64,000 nucleotides of DNA from Amphiscolops sp. MND2022 (lineage: Eukaryota). The position numbers were made by a program, and so were the translations under genes. The notes under the pieces are model-generated. The model did not search any database. It was given only the letters and a program-made list of their open reading frames with translations, and was not told where the DNA came from. Shown here one piece after another: positions 28,007-39,873 of the stretch. How positions within the stretch are numbered: the stretch's first letter is position 1; each line of letters opens with the position of its first letter. The stretch spans positions 84,694,001 through 84,758,000 of the forward strand of contig OZ076409.1 in the NCBI GenBank assembly GCA_964187785.1, read 5' to 3'.

Positions 28007-28499
28007 AACAAGACGGGAACGTCTAAAGTCGGCGCTATATCTAAGGCTCAAAAAGCGCAAAAGACTTTTTTTTAAAAAAACTTGAATTTTTTTTCTTTCA
28101 GAAAATGTCGCATAGTGCCAAAAAATGTAAAAGGTGGGACCCTTTGGGCTTTATTAACATATATTCTGTTGCAAAATATCAAAAAACTCGAAAGGGTGAC
28201 TCTTTTGAGACATTAAAAAATTTTCGAAAAAAGTCGCACAATGCCGAAAAAATCTAAAGGGCGGACCTTTTAGTCTCGTCCGGTTTTGTAGGTTACGTAA
28301 AAAAGTAAAAAAAAATGAAAGGGGGACCCTTTTGCACTAATTTCCGCTGAACGGACTTGGCCTTATGGTAGTAGTTTTAGTAGTTTCGATTGTAAGAAAA
28401 GTGGCCCAATCGGAGTGAGATTGTAGTGTGACGAAAAAAAAAGAAAAACTAGCTACTGTAAAAGTCGGGCACTTTTCACTAGAAAAGCGCCGACTAAAA
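28007..28499 (+). mobile_element. DINE-1/HINE-like element, complete
   Basis: Subterminal inverted repeat agtcggcgct / agcgccgact, terminal hairpin agtcgggcacttttc-actag-aaaagcgccgact, A/T-run flanks. Confidence 0.7.
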
Positions 28500-29089
28500 T
28501 ATTGTTGATAAATGGCGCAAAAACAACCGAATTCAATATTTCTTGTATTGATGGACGACCTCTTTAAATGAACTCGACGGAAGACTAGGTTCTTATTTTG
28601 CTCGGAAGTATTGACATGAAATAGACAACCTCAAAAAACTTTGCAAGGGAAAAAAACTTGCAAAAGAATGCATTGGTTGCAAGGATTCTGCTAGGAATGA
28701 ACATTAACCAAGGATCTTGCGAAATTCTTTCACGGAATCCGAGAAAAATGCATTGTGTTGCAATGTCTTGAAAGAGATTTTGAGTGATCCTTGAATGGAA
28801 TGTATTTTGTCTCCACCAGATATATTCTTGTATTGGTGATATGCTTCAGGTTTAACTTGAGTTTGTATACTCTCTTTTCAGACCCCACTTCTCACCCTTC
28901 AAACACTCAAGAATATGTAACAATAGCTGTGATTTCAATTTGACACATTTCGTTTTTTTTTTCATTTTTGTATTAAATCTAAAGTTAATATCAGAAATCG
29001 CTCGTCTTGAAAATGCTATACCGAAGCATTGATGTTACACAGAGCGGTCGTGTTTATTCGCGACGAAATTCAAGCAAAGCTAAAGAACA

Positions 29090-30500
29090 CACTAGGGTAC
29101 CAAAAAGCCGAAGACAGTTTAGCTACCGGTCAAAACTGAAAGCTTTCAAATCACAGTGTTAAAACATTTGAGTACTAGGTGAACCAAAAAAACGGAACGC
29201 ACCACAAAAAATTTTATGCTCTCAAAATGTCAAATATTTGTCAACAAAATGTTTCAAAACAACTTTGAACGCTGAAATTCAGCTTGTTAATAATTCGATT
29301 CGACATTGCTTTCACACATTCGAGTGTCAAAGAACTTTCACACATCAGAAGTGCCAACAAAGTGACTGGTAAAGATGTCTAGACTTTCTCGGAAAGTTTA
29401 AAGCATGCTCTGTTGAAGATGTGGTTCCGTAATAAAAGCTTCACTTTGAATGCTCGACCGAAAAAGTGAATGCTTAACAGCGAATTGTTTATAAATATTA
29501 CAATTTTTGAACACTGAAATATTTGTGCGTTCCGTTTTTTTGGTTCACCTAGTAGCAGTTTCTGATTCCAAACATTGCAAAAATGAAACCGTTTGGCAAT
29601 TTTATGGTTTGTCAAACTGTTATTTTGAGAAATGCCAGACTATACTTTGGGAAAATGCAATTCAAAAACAGCCTAATGTACAATTTAGGCTAGTAGTGTA
29701 TATAACAGCTTTCGTCGAACAAAAAGTTTTCGTTCTCAAAAGTCAACAAGAAGACCAATAAATTGACAGAAAAAGGCGGAAAAAAGCTGAAGAAAGAAGC
29801 AAACAAAATACTCTCGAGAAGCTGTCTTCAAAAAATCCTCTTAAAATTCTGATTCAGTACAACACATTCTAAACATGTCAGAGCATGTCTACGATTAGAC
29901 AAATTCTGAGAAAAAAAATTCAGACGAATTGCTGCAAAAAAACTCCGGTTGAAGAAATTCCTGATTTCTGGTGCAACGTTGTATACACAGACGAGACGAC
30001 AAACGTTCGTTTGAACAGCGACAAAACAGACTCGACCTGACATCAAAAATACGAAAAAGTACCAAGGACAGAATATGTTTAATGTACTGGGGTGCAATGC
30101 CGTCGGATGCAGGAAAATGTTGGAAATATGCAATGGGAACCTGGATAGTAACGGATATGGAAAAGTTTTGGAGGAATACACAGAAAAGCAGCAATGCAAT
30201 TCTAAGAACTCATCTTTCACAAGACAATGCTTCAATCCACAAATCAAGATTTTTGCCTCTGGATGCTGGAAATCCCCCGAATGGCCTGCATACAGTCCTA
30301 GTCTTATCCCACACAGAATATTTGGTCTATTTTGAAGCGAAAGACTGCAATCTCAATCAATTTGTTCGGAAAATTTGGACGAAAAAGTTCGAGAAGTGTG
30401 GTCGTCGTTCTACCGAAAGGTAGTTATAGAAGTTTTGAAACCATGCACGCACGTATTAGGAAAGTCTTTGAAGATAAAGGTGCAGATGTGGGTTATTAAT
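29090..30500 (+). mobile_element. Decayed Tc1-type transposon
   Basis: Left TIR-like cactagggtaccaaaaagc, similar to the TIR at 1001. Motifs LMYWGAM, QDNASIHKS, EWPAYSPSLIPHR. Confidence 0.8.
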
Positions 30501-30688
30501 TTGAATAAAGGTTTTGATTTTCAATTGATTTTATTCATTTTCCAGCGTTTTCTAAATGTTTGCAAACTGTCCTCAGCTTTTTCGTACCGTTTCGTAGCAA
30601 GGTCCAAAAAACTGTTATTTGGAATGTTTTTTATTAATTTTTTTGTTGCAAAAGTTTACAAAAAACACAAAGACCTCCTGAAACTTAC

Positions 30689-30772
30689 CAAACGATTGCA
30701 CAGTCCGCGTCTGGACTGGGTGGCGGGTGCAGACGACTAGGCATCATGCGTGGACATGGCTGTGCAACCAAA
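30689..30772 (-). other. Candidate isolated internal exon (84 nt) of an unidentified gene
   Basis: ttacag acceptor, gtaagt donor, GC-rich relative to flanks, one open frame (LVAQPCPRMMPSRLHPPPSPDADCAIV). Confidence 0.35.
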
Positions 30773-31149
30773 CTGTAAGGTTGTATTTTTGAAAACTAAT
30801 AGACTAACTGAGAAATAAGCTGTGACTAGCTAAAAGTTGAAGAATCAGAAAAACAAACAAAAACTAAAACATCATAATCCAAAACATTTTCGAGCATTAC
30901 CTCAAGAGGTTTCAATTACGCCGGAAACAAGGCAATCTCCACCTGAAAACATAATTGAATTTCACATTTGAAAAAACTTTTAAGTAGATCTAAAATAAGA
31001 AATAGATCAAAGTTGCGACAACAAAGCAGTACGACTTTCCGAAATTTGAAAAGCAATTATTGAATATTGGAACGCTGAAAAGCCCATCAGTAAACAGGTA
31101 TCAGAAGCACTCGTTGAGAAGTACTATATGCGTGACGTCACAACAACAT

Positions 31150-34100
31150 AGACAATTTCAGTCGATAAGCCTTTGACGTCACAGTCTCGTCAAACCAACA
31201 ACCTCGAAGACACAAAAAACTGAATACGCAGCCCCTGCAATTCCGGAAAACAGTGAACGCCAGGGCATCAATTATCGAAGATCCAATAAGTTAAAACAGA
31301 ACTCAACAATAACCTGCAACGAATCTCCGATTGAAGACTGACAACGACGGCTGCTCTTCGCCTCAATACAGAAATACAAAAACGAGCCAAATACGAGCTG
31401 CAGAAAGAGTTTCCTGGATGGATCCCGGACTCTGACGTTCAATACATGACAGTCAAACGTCCCCTGGAAGAGTCCAACTAGTAACGCATCTGTAAATACG
31501 ACAAATGCTACAGATGCGACCCCTGGCACAACCTAGACAATTACGATTCCTCAACTCTCACTTTCAAAGTTCAGTTCAGTCCGACAACGACCCGGAAGCA
31601 CACAAAGAAGGTGCTTAAGAAAAGCACCCAACACCTCAACAATCTGAAACATTACCGGCTCCGCAGAAGGAAACCAGCTGAACTTCGCAGACCACTTCAC
31701 CGCGTCCCTCAACTCCATGAAAGAGTACATCTCTCACAAAGTTGGTGGTAATTGCATGCCGTTGAAAGTAACCATGCCGCTTAGGAAGAGACATAGAATG
31801 TTATACCTACTCCTCAAAAGTGGCAATTACTGATTGACGGTCTTGTAGACTCCGGAGCATTCATCAACGTGATGCCTTGATCTGGCTACACCATGATAAA
31901 AGTTAACTCAGAATGGTGTGTCATGAAACCATACACCCAACCCCATAAGTTCTCAATCGAATAAGCAAACTCGCAACTGGAGCACCCCATAGCCACCGCA
32001 GACATCCAGTTCAAAACTAGATCCTAGACGTTCACAGACAAATTCGTGGTACTGAACAAGAATTTTCCGAATGATGAATGACATCTTCCTAAACTTTAAC
32101 AGGAACTACCAAGTTTTGCTGGACACCGCCAACGCGACAAAAAAGTTCCCCGACGTAACATAGGCAATTGCATAATGGACAAAAACTTGCAAACTTGCAA
32201 CCCAAACCACTGCAAATATGTGTCGAAAGCACCCAAACGGTAACCCCATAACACATAACAAAACTATAACAGGTTTTGTAATTGTCATTACATTCAGCGC
32301 CATCGTCATCACCGGAAAAGTACAATCACTGCCCAATGACGATTAAGTAGGAGAACTCATCGTATCTCCAGCGTTGGCAACAGCAAAAAACAACCTACCA
32401 ATCTCCCAAAAAACAACACAACAGAGTTCACATATGGAATCAAAACGAACAAAAACTGGCAGAACTCAACATAGTGAAACCAGAAGACACAAAGCAGATA
32501 AACCCATTCGACGCAGCCGCTATCTCAAAGTTTTAGCTGATCCTGACGACACCCTAATGGATGTGAACGAGAAGAACTGATGAAAACAGGAGAGAGCGAA
32601 CAATAAAAAGACAACTTGTGGTTTCCCAACCCGGAAACACAGGCAAACAAGTTGACCTAACACCAATCCAACAACAAAAGCTCAACAAAATTAGAGAGCT
32701 TGTCAAAAAAAGAATTGGACCCGAAAAAGACGACGATTGCAGGCAAAAGACCCTTGAAATGTTCAAACAGGAATTATCGGTAATAACAGGCACGGAGAAG
32801 GAACAACTGGACGACACGACAGTTCAATACAACAGAGACTTGCTTTTGGGATAAACAACAACTTCAAAGTGAAACTAACGCCGAAAAGCCCTGGAAATAC
32901 ACAGCGCCTACCAGTTCCAGTTATTCTGGAAGAAGACCTCGAATGTTAAGAGCTGGGTTCCGCGCAAGGAAAGCTGAAAAGAAAATTGCCCCCAGTTGTT
33001 GACCTAAAAAAATTTCTGACGACCAAATCAATAAAAACCTTCCACATTACGATACTTAAACCGCAAAAGTGGATTTTATCATCCAGTGTAAAGTGTATTT
33101 TCCGTAAAACAAGAGGCAACCGTTTTCTTATCAAACAGTGCATCGTGTTCAACACCGATTGTGATGCACTGTGTAATCAGAAGAGGGGAATAGTGATGTC
33201 TTCAATGTCTTCAAATGGCAGACAAACGGTCAACGGAAACGTTAGGTTTCAACTTTGCAAGCAGAACATTTGCTTCAAAAAGTTAGTCCAAGGCCCGAGC
33301 AGATCTTTATCTGCACTCTCCAGGTTTATGCGTGAATACATTGATTCAGTAACAAAAGCAGATAAATGTGCACAGATGTTGACTATTTCCGGAGAGCCGC
33401 CAAGATAACGTCTCAATTACCTCTGCAAGATACATGCCGTGTTCCAATGCATAAGAAGAGGAGGTTCAAAATTGACCATTAGAGAATACCGTTTTGGAGT
33501 AACCTAAATAAAGTTTCTCGGGAAGATAATAAACCCTAAATGAGTAGCTCCGCAGGATCACAAACTACACGAATTCTTATCAAATTTGCGCTTCCCTCAT
33601 TCGACAAAAATGAGTACAGCGATACAACGGATTTGTACACACCTACTGTAACAACATACCACTCTTATCCGAAGAATTGCTGAGATTTTACGAGCTTTTG
33701 AAGTAGCAAAACAAATAACGATATCAGACGAGCTGCTGGAAAACTACAAAGCGATCAAAGCAGCGCGAGCGTAAGCTTGCGGATTGGCTCTCAGACAACC
33801 AATCACATTAGAGCAATACGTCTTATTAACAGACGCTGCCTAGCGAGTCTCCAGTTATGCGCTAGGCGAATGATTGAGGAAATGGACAAAAAAGTTGAAT
33901 TCCGAAAAGAATACGTTAGCGCAAGTTGTCTTCGGATCAAAGTGTTCTCTCCGGCATAACTAAAAATGTCATTTTATTGCCAAGAATTCCCCGCAATACA
34001 TCTCGCGTTTTTAGACAACACTGCTCAAAAAAATGTCTGACTGCGAGCACGAGGCGATGCGCCAGAAAATATTCTGAGAGGGAAACAAACAAACTGCGCT

Positions 34101-35880
34101 CATTCCCATCAAAACACCACATACACGTTTGGAGCAAGAAAAGAAAAGGCCCACTTTCGCTTCGAATTAGATAGCGACCGATGCTTTCAAGCGCTCAAAA
34201 GATAACTACTTTACGAAGAGTGCGACAAACGTCTGCTACAGGCTGACTCACTCGAAAAACAAACGTCTACTAATAGACAGGTTTGGTTATTTGTCAAAGA
34301 CAAGTTATTTGTTGAAGACGAAAACCACGGGGAACGTTGTGAGATTGCGGATCAACAAGTACTCATCCCCGAACATTTAATGGATTATTTAAACTGCATA
34401 ATAACCGGCCGGATAGAAAAGTATCGGGGAATCACAAAAATAATACAAGAAAGGAGTTTCAAACACTACTACCCCGGACTATCAAAGTGCTTCAAACAGT
34501 GGGTAACAATAATCGAGGTTTGCATCAAAACAAATAAATCGACCACGGAAAGCAGACCAAAAGTGATGAGGAACACCGAACACGCATTGGGCCCCGAAGA
34601 CATTCTGCAAAATCAACATACTTCCAATTATACCAAACTTAGAAGGCTACCAGAACATCGTTTCAATGACCGATGTGTTTTCGTTCTACTTTTTTGCGTA
34701 CCCAACTCAGAATGCACATCAAAGACAGTTGGACGCTGCATCATCGACCTCATAACGAGACACGCGTACATACCAACGTTAGTTCTATTAGACAAAGGAT
34801 CGCAATTCAGATCGGAATTGTGGAAGAAATAACAAAAATCATGGACATACAGCTGAGCCGTGCATCAATCAAACAAGCTCAGACAAAATGCATATTAGAG
34901 AGAACATACGCCTCGCTAAATGCATCACTCGGTAGAACGAGGGCGAACAACGTCCGATATGGCTCGAAAATGTCCAAATAGCAGTATTTAACTACAATAC
35001 AACCTATCAACAGACACTAGTAGACACTAGGTTGAGAAGTATCTACGATTTTCATCCGACGATTACCTTACAATGACCTTGAGGTAAAGTCAGGTATCAA
35101 AGCCAAATGGACAATCAAGCCTGACGCGGATATAGCCGAGCAACTTTAAATACGCATTTGAGAAGTGAGCGCGTCAACCAAAAGAACATAATTCTGTCCT
35201 ACCCGTAATATAAACGCTACTACAACAAGAAAAATGTCAGCAGCCCTACGTGAAGTAAACGATTTTTGCTATATTCTTAACATGAAAACTGACAACCCCT
35301 CGACAAGGGTTCTTTTTCAAGAATTCATTTGATTCGGACCTCACATAGTTGAAAACTTTGACGAATAAAATTTACACCAACTGAGGAATCGGAACGAAAT
35401 AAGCACAAATAAAACATCGAATAAGGATTCGCCCTACGAGCCAGAACAACGTTTGTCCGACGTCACAGGTCGTCCGACTGAGTACCTACCAGGCTTCAAA
35501 TTGCCGCACATGGTACGCCCCAACGTGGGAAACAAACTAGGGCAAGAAACTTGACGGAGCATCGACCATCGATGATACGAAAACTGAAGTCGAAACAGAA
35601 ATGCAAGAAATCACAAGGGTGGAAACAGCTACTCCGACTGACGACGCACCGGAGTCGCCGGATTTTTCAAATCTTGCTACTAACATGGGGGATAACCCTC
35701 ATGTATTACGCCCCCACCCATTGAAAAGCCACCTAAATCCTCCTCACTCAAAATCACCGCCTAGAGTCGTCGAATGTAATCCGAGCAAAATCGCAAAGTA
35801 CAATCTACGCCCTAATCCGAAACCTAATGCTGATCCTGACTTCAGACGACTTGACTCTATAACTTCCATTCAATAAAAAG
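31150..35880 (+). mobile_element. Old Gypsy LTR retrotransposon internal region, heavily decayed
   Basis: Protease LVDSGAFIN (~31845), RT remnants (GPSRSLSALSRFMRE), RNase H LLTDA, integrase (LDKGSQF, ILERTYASL), C-terminal KYNLRPNPKPN. Confidence 0.85.
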
Positions 35881-36678
35881 ACATATCGAGGATCAGTCTG
35901 ACAATTCACATTTGAGGTCATCACTTTTTTCTCACCACAATTCCATTTTTCTCTTTCATAGAGTTTTTTTCAGAAGTAAATCGAAGATTGCATTTTTTGT
36001 TCAATTCACAAAGCAAACTGCCACAAGGACAGCTGTTGCAATAACGTAGTATGTGTAAAAATCGGAGCCCCAGCGCTGCGATGGAGCCGTAGTGCAACCC
36101 TGAACAAACAAAAAAGCAGCCGAATTCAACTAAACTTAAAGATTTATTTCATTTTTGGAGGTCATGTAAATGTTAAATATTTTCCCTATTCAAAGATATA
36201 TTGATTTGATACTGATGTTAAATTAGTAGGTCAAATGTCTTTTTGTCATGAATATTCAAAACTTTAGGTTGAGTCATCTTTATACGACGTAATTTTGGAA
36301 CTACAGTACTTTTGCTATTTCATTCATGCAGTAATGATCTTTTTCGCTCAATTTGGCAATACGGCATTATACAGTTTATAGAATGCCGCATATTCTATAC
36401 TGTTTTGCACAATACTGGTATGCGGCAATATACGTTTCCAAGGGTATCGCATATGCGTTATCATGTGCTCTTTCTGCATACGGTATACCGTAATATACGT
36501 TTTTCATGATGATATACACGCGGTATTATGCATTTTCAGCAGGATTAACTACGCTGTATAGATAATGCATTTACGATGCTGTTTATCATTTGGAGTACCT
36601 TGTACGTTGCTTTATACCTTCTTTTCAAGGGCCCAATAGGACTGCTAGGTTTGTTTTAAATGTAATGCTATGATGATC

Positions 36679-36878
36679 NNNNNNNNNNNNNNNNNNNNNN
36701 NNNNNNNNNNNNNNNNNNNNNNNNNNNNNNNNNNNNNNNNNNNNNNNNNNNNNNNNNNNNNNNNNNNNNNNNNNNNNNNNNNNNNNNNNNNNNNNNNNNN
36801 NNNNNNNNNNNNNNNNNNNNNNNNNNNNNNNNNNNNNNNNNNNNNNNNNNNNNNNNNNNNNNNNNNNNNNNNNNNNNN
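36679..36878. other. Assembly gap (200 N)
   Basis: Run of exactly 200 N, typical of a fixed-size scaffolding gap. Confidence 0.99.
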
Positions 36879-37053
36879 AAAACAGTATTTCAACCAATAA
36901 GGGTTAACCAAAAAGTTTGGCTTTCAATTACATTTCTTTCATTGTTGCCAAACAAACTCAAACAATCCAGTCTCTATTCTTTTTTGTCATCATTCAATCT
37001 CTCGCCTCCTTCTGTTCTCATTCTGCCATCAATCAGCCTCTCTTGCCAGGTCA

Positions 37054-37284
37054 ATGGATAAACTCATCTCACAAAACAGCGAAAACGCAGTTATTAAATT
37101 ACATGGAAAGTCGAATACCCCACGCAAAGTTGGGTTTTGCTACTACTGCAAAGTGTTCTACCCCAACGGGAAAACAAAGTACGAAGTTACACAAAAAAAC
37201 ACGTACGATGAAGAGATCATTTTCGATGACATCTGGAGACCGAACAATAATCTTCACGTTAAGCCTTTTAGGGCTCAGCTCTAA
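37054..37284 (+). CDS. Small orphan ORF (76 aa, one CxxC); possibly a longer ORF with a premature stop
   Basis: ATG directly after an acceptor-like ctcttgccag|gtca. The frame stays open for 36 more codons after the TAA. Confidence 0.3.
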   Translation: MDKLISQNSENAVIKLHGKSNTPRKVGFCYYCKVFYPNGKTKYEVTQKNTYDEEIIFDDIWRPNNNLHVKPFRAQL

Positions 37285-37619
37285 ACACAACCAGTACCCC
37301 TCAAATCAAATCCAGTACAGCAGAAAGAAGAAATTATAAGCCCTCTCGAGCCACTCTTTCACTACTGCTTCAACAGAAGAAACTTGTTGATTTGACCTTT
37401 TCATATATATTTTTGTATTTAGATGATCAATTAATTTTTTCATATACAGTCATTTTCTGTAGTACAAAGCTCTAAATTGTTTGAGTTAACGTAGACCGAG
37501 AAACGCGCAGAGAGGAAAATGAATTATATATTAGAGAAGCTTTGGAAGCGGACAAGAAGTAAAACTAGAGCCAGTAAATTCGGCTGACGAAGTCCTAATC
37601 TAATGAAAACAAAACATTG

Positions 37620-37802
37620 AAAATTCTAACTTTTTCAGTAAGGGTCGTAGAAAATTCAAACAAACAATTTTGTAAACTAGATAGAATTCTAAGAAACTTT
37701 CCTAGCTGACAGTTTTTCGTATTTGTGACAGTTTACGAGATATTTGGATTTGAAATTTGCTATTTTATGCAATGAGGTTGCGATATTTTAGAACGCTACT
37801 GT
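37620..37802. mobile_element. Dispersed MITE family with TA-cagtagcgttct terminus (Tc1/mariner-like)
   Basis: Block aaactagataaaattctaagaaactttcctagctgaca...gcgatattttagaacgctactgta recurs at ~41420, 41510(-), 42600, 49120(-), 49360 and 52490. Confidence 0.7.
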
Positions 37803-37954
37803 AATATTCAATGAAATAGCAACGCGGTGTGATTTTGAGTAATATTCAATGAAATAGCAACGCGGTGTGATTTTGAGTAATATTCAATGAAATAGCAACG
37901 CGGTGTGATTTCCAGGTAATATTATATGAATTAACTACGCGGTGTGATGTTCAG
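37801..37954. repeat. 38-bp minisatellite, 4 copies
   Basis: Unit gtaatattcaatgaaatagcaacgcggtgtgattttga; related units at ~49040-49100. Confidence 0.92.
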
Positions 37955-38393
37955 TTAATTAATTCCAGCCAAGGGTGTAAGGTTCGCAGGGACTGTCAAA
38001 AATTAATGGAACGTGGTTTAATTAATGTAAATCGCATTTGATGTACGAATTTGTAAGTATTTTGCACACAATGCTTTAATTTTGACCGGTTAATAATGTT
38101 TAAATAATGGCCATTAATGGTTTATTTTATTTTCCATTAATGTGTGGAACACATATGTTTCCCATTAATGTATGGCCAAGGGAATAATCAAGAAAATAAA
38201 TAATTTAAGTTATTGTAGGTTTATTGTTCGAAGGCTTGAGGAAACCAATTCACTTTCGCAAAATTTCATTTTTCGGCTTAGTGAATATTCTGCTTCGTGA
38301 CACCTCACCCTGTAAATGAAGGACCCCCGTCGCAAATCCTTTGTATGTCCGTGCACCATGTTTATTAGTTTCGAGTTTCTAGGTGTCACAACG

Positions 38394-38612
38394 ATGAGGG
38401 TGAAAAAGAAGCCTCAAGCTATAAAATGCACAAAAGATTGCCTCATCTGCTTCGAAAACTTTAGAGTAGAAGACCTTCAAAGCTTCCATCTAGAACATAG
38501 TCTACATTTAGCCTGTAGAGATTGTATAAAACATTATTTAGATAGTTTCGCAAGTGCAGTTGTTACATGTCCTTACTGTAGATTACCTGTAAATTGTATT
38601 TTGTACAATTAA
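38394..38612 (+). CDS. RING-finger micro-protein A (72 aa, C2-H-H-C4 variant)
   Basis: CLIC...FHLEHSLHLACRDC...CPYCR; homologous to 57719-57928. ATG chosen by alignment (both start MR after ag|gtgtca); the ORF track start at 38316 is in frame. Confidence 0.8.
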   Translation: MRVKKKPQAIKCTKDCLICFENFRVEDLQSFHLEHSLHLACRDCIKHYLDSFASAVVTCPYCRLPVNCILYN

Positions 38613-38634
38613 AATTTTGTAAAAGTGTAGTTAG

Positions 38635-39109
38635 CAGGGCTTCCGAGTTTTAACTCGCAGTTATTCAACTGTAATTATTAGGATGCAATTAATTGATTTA
38701 GACAGGTCAATGGCAATCAATTGACTGAAACTTTTACAATTAATTGTGATTTTTTGCCTGGAATGAAGCAATAAAATGTGACGCACACTAGAAATAATGA
38801 TGAAAAAACGGAAAACACAAAAATGCCTAATTATATTGATTTTGATTTCATAGACCTCTAATTATATGAAAAACTTCTTTACTACCGCGGATTAGGCCTT
38901 AGATGGTTTTAGATGAGTTATTTTCAAATGAACCCGTGAAATTTTCGAAGATGAATAGACTATCTTGGCATTAAAGTCTTATTACCGAAATTAATGCTTC
39001 AGCTCTTGCGAAAAAGTGATGAAGAATTTGCCGTTTCTCTTATCAATTCATTGATTTTGGTTCAATTTGTTTGAAATATTTGATCCCAAATAAAATTTCG
39101 GAAGCTCTG
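38635..39109. mobile_element. hAT-type MITE in the 3' flank of RING A
   Basis: TIRs cagggcttccga / tcggaagctctg; 8-bp TSD gtagttag / gcagttag. Confidence 0.85.
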
Positions 39110-39154
39110 GCAGTTAGCATATTTTTGTACTAGAATTTGTAAACTTAGATTTTT

Positions 39155-39232
39155 GAGACCCCTTAGAGGCCACGTTCTCGGCGTGGGTCTTGTTATGGGC
39201 GACACCGTGTGATCCCCTAACTGAGAGCCTCT
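39155..39232 (+). ncRNA. HDV-like (CPEB3-type) self-cleaving ribozyme, copy A
   Basis: P1 GAGACCC/GGGUCUU (G1-U wobble), P2 AGAGGC/GCCUCU, P3 ACG/CGU, L3 UUCUCGG, GU after P1, P4 stem-loop, J4/2 CUGA (putative catalytic C at 39221). Confidence 0.75.
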
Positions 39233-39798
39233 TTGAAAATACATGATAATGGGTGTCAGTGTTTCAAGGTTGTGATTTTTGATCATAACTTTCACTTCAG
39301 CCCGACATTTTTTCTGACAATCAAAGTTTCTGAATACGAGCATTGGTAGAACATGCACACAAAAGTTTAGCGGTTTACTTTAGGTTGAGTTTTGTCATTT
39401 TGATTACAATCATTGAGTTCAATTGAGATCAATTCAAATATTCTTTTTCAAATGAATGGGTAGAACTTTGAAACGAAAATATACAAAGTCTGAGTGCAAT
39501 TATATTTTCATTATATTTTCATGCCAAAGAATGATTCGTCCAAAGATTATTGCATTTATATTTTATTATTTATATTATAAATGTCCCACTAACTCTGGTT
39601 TCGTAAACGAACATAAGTTCAAATGTTATTTGGGAATTCATCAACTTTACATGCTCATTACACGGTGCTTCTTTTTCAGAGTTGTGAAGTTGCTTGCTAG
39701 CAGCAGGCACAATAGCATGCTCATCTCTTATGAATCATCACATTTCGTTTCCTACAGTTACATGTATAATGTGATGGAAACGAACTGTGATGACGTTA

Positions 39799-39873
39799 TG
39801 CTCGGCTGCTATCACAATCGCACGTTGTACAACGGTGTACAACGTGCGATGATTGTGTGATAGCAGCCGAGCA
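39799..39873. mobile_element. 75-bp near-perfect hairpin element with TA duplication
   Basis: tgctcggctgctatcacaatcgcacgttgtaca-acgg-tgtacaacgtgcgat(gattg)tgtgatagcagccgagca, flanked by TA on both sides. Confidence 0.75.

Noticed and set aside
36679..36878. Join of two different organisms at the gap
   Set aside because: A fragment at ~51697-51755 (gactaaagtgtccgcccttagggttttttcagcactatgcg) matches the left-side HINE family (reverse of ~28231-28275), so both sides share at least one repeat family. A same-genome misjoin remains possible.
37580..37612. Hammerhead ribozyme (ctgacga...gaaa); also ctgatga at ~3314
   Set aside because: No stem II between the core boxes and no stem I/III pairing.
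37801..37954. CRISPR-like array of ~38-bp repeats
   Set aside because: Units are contiguous with no unique spacers, no cas genes, eukaryotic context: a minisatellite.
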